Source: Clostridium thermobutyricum
GTDB taxonomy: Bacteria > Bacillota > Clostridia > Ch29
Assembly: GCA_016842005.1 (NCBI GenBank)
Contig: JAENYD010000013.1
Span: 5,490 to 69,489 of the forward strand
Direction: 5' to 3'
DNA length: 64,000 bases
In this document: positions 58,397-64,000 of the stretch, piece by piece
Numbering within the stretch: position 1 is the stretch's first letter
How the letters are laid out: each line of letters begins with the position of its first letter
Translations under genes and position numbers: made by a program
The notes under the pieces: generated by a model
Database searches by the model: none
Told to the model about the DNA's origin: nothing
The model's input: the letters and a program-made list of their open reading frames with translations, nothing else

Positions 58397-59644
58397 TTAT
58401 TTCATTATGTCATTCTCTTTTATAAGCTTGTCTATATTCATTATATAAAGGTCTCCGTCAGGCCCGTTGAAAGACAACCTGCTTTCATCGGGGGACAGGT
58501 AAAATTCCCTGGATGGCAATTTCCCCAGTTCTTTCAATATGCCATTTATGGTGTCATACCGCCAGATGGTATAATAGGACCAGGTATTTCCGTAAATGAG
58601 TTCGGCCGGTTCAGTGGTAAAGTACAGATTATTTCCCCTGCTTCCCCATTCATGATATGCTATGTATGTATTTTGGGGAACAGGTACGCTTACTTTCCTG
58701 TTATCGCTGAGCCTTGTTAGTTCCGCACTGATGGTATAGATAAAACCCTGGTCATTCTTATCACATTTCTGAGTGAAGATATAACGGGAAGACTGGCTTG
58801 TCTCCTGGCTGTATGCATCAATTATATCCTGGGCGCCGGAGGTTTCAAGCGGCTCCATATTGCCTTCAAATCCTACAAGATAGTATTCCTGATCATCCAG
58901 TGCAACTATAGTGGTATCGTCTTTCCATCCCTTGGCCTGGAGGTCGGAGGCAAAGCGGTATGTCCCCGGAAATCTGTTTCTGCTGAATATCCTGTATTCA
59001 AGTATATCACCATTTTCACCGTCTACAGCTATTGCTCCTGTAATGGTCTCGTTTCCTGTCCTGTTCATATTTTCAGTGTCTGCAAACGAAAATATATACG
59101 TCATCCTGTATTCGTCCGACATGGGATACAGTGCAAGGCTGCAAGCGTCCACCGTAAAATCCGTATCCATAAAATCCTGCCCCATCAGAAGGGCTGTGAA
59201 ATAATCAAGGGTATGCTCAACAGGTCTTCCATCAACAGAAAAAATAACATCATCATTTTCGAAATACTTTCTGTATTTGCTGCCGAGCTGAATAACTTTT
59301 CTAACCGAAGAGCCTACTACTGTAAAGATATCCTGCCTTTCCAGCTCTTCATCAATGTGCAGATCTATTGTCATTATATCGTTATCATCCAGTGCAATGC
59401 CTTCAATAACTGCATTAAACGGGATATTAACAGCCACCTTGATGCCTGTCAATCCCTTATGTACCAGCTGGGCCTTTGGTTCCCGAACGTCAAAATCCTC
59501 AAGATACCTGCTGCTTTCTTCCTCTGACAGCTCTTCAAAGGGTATACCTCCTGAGACATCCCTGTCAGTTATCCTGCTGCAGCCTGACAGTATCACTGCA
59601 CCAGCAGCCAGCAGTATAACGCATATAAAAACTGTTTTCTTCAT
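58397..59644 (-). CDS. Hypothetical acidic lipoprotein
   Basis: Lipobox LSGC; C-terminal beta-propeller-like segment (LSPDESRLSF). Confidence 0.7.
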   Translation of the reverse strand: MKKTVFICVILLAAGAVILSGCSRITDRDVSGGIPFEELSEEESSRYLEDFDVREPKAQLVHKGLTGIKVAVNIPFNAVIEGIALDDNDIMTIDLHIDEELERQDIFTVVGSSVRKVIQLGSKYRKYFENDDVIFSVDGRPVEHTLDYFTALLMGQDFMDTDFTVDACSLALYPMSDEYRMTYIFSFADTENMNRTGNETITGAIAVDGENGDILEYRIFSRNRFPGTYRFASDLQAKGWKDDTTIVALDDQEYYLVGFEGNMEPLETSGAQDIIDAYSQETSQSSRYIFTQKCDKNDQGFIYTISAELTRLSDNRKVSVPVPQNTYIAYHEWGSRGNNLYFTTEPAELIYGNTWSYYTIWRYDTINGILKELGKLPSREFYLSPDESRLSFNGPDGDLYIMNIDKLIKENDIMK

Positions 59645-59869
59645 AAGATCACCACCATTAGAATAATATATTTAGCAATTTTCCATACCCTGTCCTCATT
59701 TTATTATGACTCCGGTCACCCTGAAAAAGTTCATCGGTTTTTATATTACCATTATAATGCATTTTATGCCAGGAGTGAAATATAATATAAATAATCAAAT
59801 AATCAGGGGCTGGCCAGTTCCATTACTACTATCCAGTATGCATCCTGTGCTATAATACTGATATAATCA

Positions 59870-59993
59870 GGATTCTTGGCTTCAGGTGGGGTTTTAACCC
59901 CATCTGAAGTTTAGAATCCGTTATCCAGGGGCGTAGCACCGTTTATCTTCCGCCTGAGAGGACGGGAGTATTAGCGGCGGTAGCCATCGGATA
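59870..59993 (+). repeat. Most complete copy of the two-hairpin dispersed repeat (MITE/REP-like)
   Basis: Hairpin 1: GGATTCT...CTTCAGGTGGGGTT-TT-AACCCCATCTGAAG...AGAATCC. Hairpin 2: TATCC...GGATA with two GTAG motifs. Confidence 0.8.
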
Positions 59994-60107
59994 GAGCCAA
60001 GCTTTTTTTCAGGTGGAAGATTGGCCCAAGCATGGTCCGGCCAATACGGAAGGCGTGCCGCGCTTGTCCGCTTTCTGAGAGAAAATGATTAAACGGGGGG
60101 ATAGCAA

Positions 60108-60929
60108 ATGAAGATATACATTTCGGTTGACCTGGAGGGAATATGCGGTATAGTGAACTGGGCAGATACCGAAAAGGACGGAAAGGATATACAGAGGGCA
60201 CGCAGGCTTATAACGGCCGAAACCAACGCTGCCATAGAGGGAGCGGTTAAAGCCGGAGCCAGGGATATACTGGTCAATGACGCCCATCACACCATGACCA
60301 ATATCATAGCCGAAGAACTGGACCCTGCAGCCTGCCTGCTGTCAGGGTATCCCAAGCTGAACAGCATGATGGAGGGACTGGACCATACCTTTGACGGTGT
60401 AATATTTATCGGGTACCATTCAATGATGAACTCCCGGGGGGTGCTGAACCATACATACAGCGGCAGGACGGTATCCCGTCTCAGGCTGAACGGCCGGGAT
60501 GCGGGAGAACTGGCTATGAATACTTTTATTGCAGGCCATTTCAACGTGCCGGTCCTTATGGCATCCGGCGACAACCATCTGGCAGCGGAGGCATCCGAAC
60601 TGGTATCCGGTATTGTCACGGTCCCGGTAAAGGAAGCCAGGGGAAGGTATTCCGCCCTATGCGTACACCCTGAAACTGCAAGGGCCCGTATCCGGGAAGG
60701 CGCTTATTCAGCCGTAAAGAATGCCGGCAATGTCCAGCCGGTCAAAATTGAATCTCCGGTTGTAATAGAGGTAACACTTCTACACAGCGGCATGGCAGAC
60801 GAGGCCGAAATAATGCCGGGGGTGAAAAGAACGGGAGCCAATGTGCTTACATATACCGCTTCCGACATCCTGACGGCCTACAGGGCCTTCAGGACCATCA
60901 CAGCCCTGGCGTCATCCGTATGCGAATAG
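60108..60929 (+). CDS. dppA: D-aminopeptidase, peptidase M55
   Basis: MKIYISVDLEG, VNDAH, SMMEG, IGYHS, NHTYS, SGD. Confidence 0.9.
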   Translation: MKIYISVDLEGICGIVNWADTEKDGKDIQRARRLITAETNAAIEGAVKAGARDILVNDAHHTMTNIIAEELDPAACLLSGYPKLNSMMEGLDHTFDGVIFIGYHSMMNSRGVLNHTYSGRTVSRLRLNGRDAGELAMNTFIAGHFNVPVLMASGDNHLAAEASELVSGIVTVPVKEARGRYSALCVHPETARARIREGAYSAVKNAGNVQPVKIESPVVIEVTLLHSGMADEAEIMPGVKRTGANVLTYTASDILTAYRAFRTITALASSVCE

Positions 60930-60990
60930 AGGGATAGAACGGGCAAAATTTTAATTCGGTGTAATCAGCATACAGAAAGAAGGGACATAT

Positions 60991-61434
60991 ATGAAAACCG
61001 GCAAGGTAATAGGGGTTAGTATGAGTGAAGAAAGAGGAGTAAGTAAAAAAGAAATAGGTATGGGCTACCTGGAAAAGGATATGGGGCTGGTGGGCGACGG
61101 ACATGCAGGCCCCGGGATTAAACAGGTCAGCCTCCTTGGGATTGAAAGCATAATAAAGAAGTGCCAACCCCTGGGTATCGAGGCGGGACCCGGCGATTTT
61201 GCCGAGAATATAACCACCGAAGGCCTGGACCTCCTGTCCCTGCCTGTCGGCAGTATTCTCAGAATGGGTGAAGCCCTGCTGCAGATAACACAGCACGGGA
61301 AAAAACTTGACCCCGGCCATACCTTCAACTACAAGGGGCTGTGCATTCTACCCGATGAAGGCATATTCTGCCGCGTTCTGGAAAGCGGCCATGTCAGAAA
61401 AGGCGATACTATAACGGTGATAAAAGAGGGGTAG
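60991..61434 (+). CDS. MOSC-domain protein
   Basis: GLVGDGHAG...QVSLL, PGDFAENITTEG, EGIFCRVL. Confidence 0.85.
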   Translation: MKTGKVIGVSMSEERGVSKKEIGMGYLEKDMGLVGDGHAGPGIKQVSLLGIESIIKKCQPLGIEAGPGDFAENITTEGLDLLSLPVGSILRMGEALLQITQHGKKLDPGHTFNYKGLCILPDEGIFCRVLESGHVRKGDTITVIKEG

Positions 61435-61449
61435 CAGCTCCCCTCTTTT
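61422..61449 (+). terminator. Terminator after the MOSC gene
   Basis: AAAAGAGGGG-TAGCAGCT-CCCCTCTTTT. Confidence 0.65.
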
Positions 61450-61539
61450 GTTTTCCCAAAATGATTGCGATACCCAATTCTCCTAAACCGTAAACTCTCC
61501 GGTACCACTAACCCCGTATTAGATGTAGTAAAGACGGGA

Positions 61540-61986
61540 TTATTCTTTTGTCTTTATGATAATTCTTTCCAGCCCATATTCTTTAAATTCTTGGGAATAC
61601 TTTCTCTCATACGCTGCAAGTTTCTGAAATTTTTCACGAATATCCATTTCTTTGATATCTTGATCTGAGTGTTCTGCAACAAAATCTCTTTGTGCTAAGC
61701 GATTTATTAATTCTTCCCAAAACGTATCATTATCGTAAGCGTCAATATGATCTATTATGTAGTTTTCTTCAAAATCCTTTGTGGTGAAGTATCTATTCAT
61801 CTCTTTGTCGAATACCACGTGTTCATCCAGCCCAAAGTCTTTTGCATATGACAATATCTTTTGTTCCATTTCGTCATATCTTTTTTTCTTATTCTCTTCA
61901 GTTTCGTTATCTGCTATAACCCAGCTGGCAACTTCGATCATTTCCACAAGGGTGTGGTATTCCCTTTTTGAAAAGAAAATTTTCAT
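61540..61986 (-). CDS. Hypothetical acidic protein
   Basis: Clean AT-rich ORF, RBS before ATG at 61986; no recognised motif. Confidence 0.65.
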   Translation of the reverse strand: MKIFFSKREYHTLVEMIEVASWVIADNETEENKKKRYDEMEQKILSYAKDFGLDEHVVFDKEMNRYFTTKDFEENYIIDHIDAYDNDTFWEELINRLAQRDFVAEHSDQDIKEMDIREKFQKLAAYERKYSQEFKEYGLERIIIKTKE

Positions 61987-62099
61987 TTTGATAACCATTC
62001 CTTTCACTAAAAGCATAATCAATGAAAAATATCCGCTTCATGCTCCGTTAGAAGGCCCCTTCTTTCTTAATACATTTTTCCCACAGTATTACCTGTTTC

Positions 62100-62140
62100 G
62101 TCCAACGGGTTTGCCTTCACGACGCCCCTGAACCGGACAC
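62100..62140. repeat. attC-like boundary repeat, copy 1
   Basis: GTCCAAC (GTTGGAC on minus, matching GTTRRRY), then 24/37 gapless identity to 63878-63914. Confidence 0.5.
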
Positions 62141-62692
62141 TGAAGTCCTTCGCCCTGACAGACCTTCCCCCAACTTCCTTGCCATTGTCTGGTATTGGCT
62201 ATTTCCCACATCTTTTCGGGTATCTGCCCCCAAAGCAAGAACCATACCGCCTTTCTGCCAGCGAAGATAACGGCATAAGGCATGAATATGCGCTTTCAAA
62301 GCATCCATTACCCAGTCATCCTCATCGCTGCCGGCAGCAATTAAAAGTAGTTTTTTCGGTGTCTCCCGTAATACAGTATTAACAGAAAAAAATCGATCAA
62401 TTGTACGTTTAAGCTGTGCTGTCATACCAAAATAATAGAGAGGTGTTACCAAAACAACCGCATCTGCCGCCAATAGATGTGGATAAATTTGTGACATATC
62501 ATCATCATGTACACATTTTCCATCGTTTTTTCGACAATAATAGCAGCCTATACATGGATGAATATCTAATTTGGCTGTTTCAAAACGCACTACTTCATGG
62601 CCGGCTTCCTTTGCCCCGCTGCAAAACTCATCAGCAAGGAATGCTGTGGTTCCCTTTAAATGTGGGCTTCCTGTCAGAACCAATACCTTCAT
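62117..62692 (-). CDS. Flavodoxin family / NADPH-dependent FMN reductase (iron-sulfur flavoprotein)
   Basis: LTGSP..GTT, PCIGCYYC...C, TPLYY, LKRTIDR; C-terminus reads into the repeat. Confidence 0.85.
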   Translation of the reverse strand: MKVLVLTGSPHLKGTTAFLADEFCSGAKEAGHEVVRFETAKLDIHPCIGCYYCRKNDGKCVHDDDMSQIYPHLLAADAVVLVTPLYYFGMTAQLKRTIDRFFSVNTVLRETPKKLLLIAAGSDEDDWVMDALKAHIHALCRYLRWQKGGMVLALGADTRKDVGNSQYQTMARKLGEGLSGRRTSVSGSGAS

Positions 62693-62762
62693 TTTGATAC
62701 CTCCCTTTCCTACATAATGTATACATAATTTTATTCCGTAATTCACTGTCGATACACAATAT

Positions 62763-63101
62763 TTAGATAAATTGCAGCTTCCCGATATGTTTTAACGCAT
62801 AAGCATAGGCAATAAAGCGTGAAGATTTTTCTTTGATGTCTTTTTCTGAAACTCCTCTGTATAAAAGCAAATCATACATGATTTCATTGTCGCCATTACA
62901 AATACACAGGTACCCTGATTTCATTTCCATTTCTACAATCACATCATTATCGGCGCAGCTGTAGTTGATATTGTCATGTTGCTTTTTATGTTTTAATCCT
63001 CTGATGGTTAATATTATCAGGTTTCTCGAAAAAGTGTTGCATTGAATATTGCAATTTAAGTCTATAATAAAACGGATAAAAGGAGTTTTTAGTACCTTCA
63101 A
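62763..63101 (-). pseudogene. Possible gene fragment or hypothetical ORF
   Basis: TTG start without a clear RBS; only the C-terminal ~65 aa looks protein-like. Confidence 0.3.
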
Positions 63102-63186
63102 GGTTGAAAACGGCTGTTTTACCGGGTTCTTAATTTTCTAAAGTCTCTAATATGCCTATTTGCTGTCGAATTCGGGTTTAACGCTA

Positions 63187-63224
63187 TTGACACAAAACAC
63201 GTATAATATTATAATAATATACGT
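63187..63224 (+). promoter_or_regulatory. Consensus SigA promoter with overlapping operator palindrome (TA autoregulation)
   Basis: TTGACA-N17-TATAAT (63187-63215); inverted repeat ACGTATA (63199-63205) / TATACGT (63218-63224). Confidence 0.8.
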
Positions 63225-63239
63225 AAGGAGTGATAAACC

Positions 63240-63488
63240 ATGCAAAAAAAATTAACATTAAGTATTGATGAAGAGCTAATAAAATTTGCCCACCATTTTT
63301 CAAAAGAAACAAATCAGTCTATATCCAAAATGGTTGAAGAATATTTGCTTCGGCTTAAGAAACATAATGATGAAGATAGTGTAAACCCACGTATAGAAAA
63401 CTTATATGGTATCTTTGAAGACCAGCCTATTCCAGATAAAAAAGAATTAAGGAAGATATTTTATGATAAAAGCAACTATAGATCTTAA
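63240..63488 (+). CDS. RHH-type antitoxin (DUF6364-like)
   Basis: MQKKLTLSIDEELI...SISKMVE.YL; overlaps the downstream PIN gene. Confidence 0.8.
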   Translation: MQKKLTLSIDEELIKFAHHFSKETNQSISKMVEEYLLRLKKHNDEDSVNPRIENLYGIFEDQPIPDKKELRKIFYDKSNYRS

Positions 63489-63879
63489 CGTCATTTTAGA
63501 CTTTTTAAACAAAAGAGAAAATCATGTTCAAGCTGCTAAAATTTTTAACCTTTGTTCCAAAAACATTATTGAAGGTTATGTATGCGCCCATGAAATAACA
63601 ACTCTAGCATACTTTCTAATGAAGAATCACAATGATTCATCAAAAGTCAAATATGTTTTAGGTGAATTATTTGATATTTTTCATACCATTCCTATTACTG
63701 AAGATATCCTGAGAGAAGCGCTTAATTCAAAAATAAATGATTATGAAGACGCTGTTATAGAAATAAGTTCCCTTAAAAGCAGTATAAATTATATAGTAAC
63801 TAGAGATTTAAGTGATTTTAAACAAAGCAATGTAACACCCATAACTCCTTCTGAATTTTTAGCTTTGCAAAGTCTATAA
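63463..63879 (+). CDS. PIN-domain toxin (VapC-like)
   Basis: IDLNVILD, DYEDA, IVTRD..DF. Confidence 0.85.
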   Translation: MIKATIDLNVILDFLNKRENHVQAAKIFNLCSKNIIEGYVCAHEITTLAYFLMKNHNDSSKVKYVLGELFDIFHTIPITEDILREALNSKINDYEDAVIEISSLKSSINYIVTRDLSDFKQSNVTPITPSEFLALQSL

Positions 63880-63914
63880 CGATTTCGTGTTTGCGACGCC
63901 TTCTAACTGGACCC
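63874..63914. repeat. attC-like boundary repeat, copy 2
   Basis: The PIN stop codon lies within CTATAAC; the following sequence is homologous to 62104-62140. Confidence 0.5.
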
Positions 63915-64000
63915 AAATCGGTTTTTTCCGGTCTTTATCGTAATCTTTACTATTGTTCTGCCTAAATCGCTTTTGAAAAATCTTCCCCTATGGTCACACA

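Overview
The window is a mostly minus-strand core-genome segment of a spore-forming, Clostridia-class Bacillota. It is flanked by AT-richer accessory segments at about 1-6.3 kb and about 61.5-64 kb. Core content, left to right: trkAH, a RacA-like MerR protein, a beta-CASP nuclease, a six-tRNA operon, cheR, ndk, speD, an ispH-rpsA fusion, plsC, cmk, aroH, an RpiR regulator with a four-subunit 2-oxoacid:ferredoxin oxidoreductase, ypmA, surE, oadA-like/aspartate racemase/gltP, mnmM-like, speB/speE, rluB, an uncharacterised flavo-Fe-S gene pair, dacB, gerW, ytfI, scpBA, trpS, a tRNA nucleotidyltransferase, dacF, pdp, deoB, xerD, ald, spoIIM, nudF, mciZ, a steA-steB-glycosyltransferase-DUF3866 operon, dppA and a MOSC protein. 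Two small genes absent from the ORF track were read by hand (ypmA, mciZ). The main unexplained signals are: (1) a ~210-nt rod-shaped plus-strand RNA candidate at 38707-38917; (2) a dispersed palindromic repeat family with 5 full or partial copies; (3) two attC-like gene-boundary repeats in the right-hand accessory region, which also carries a toxin-antitoxin pair; (4) a candidate forespore sRNA; (5) several uncharacterised protein systems. All calls come from manual motif and pattern recognition; no searches were run. No CRISPR array, rRNA or intact transposase was seen.
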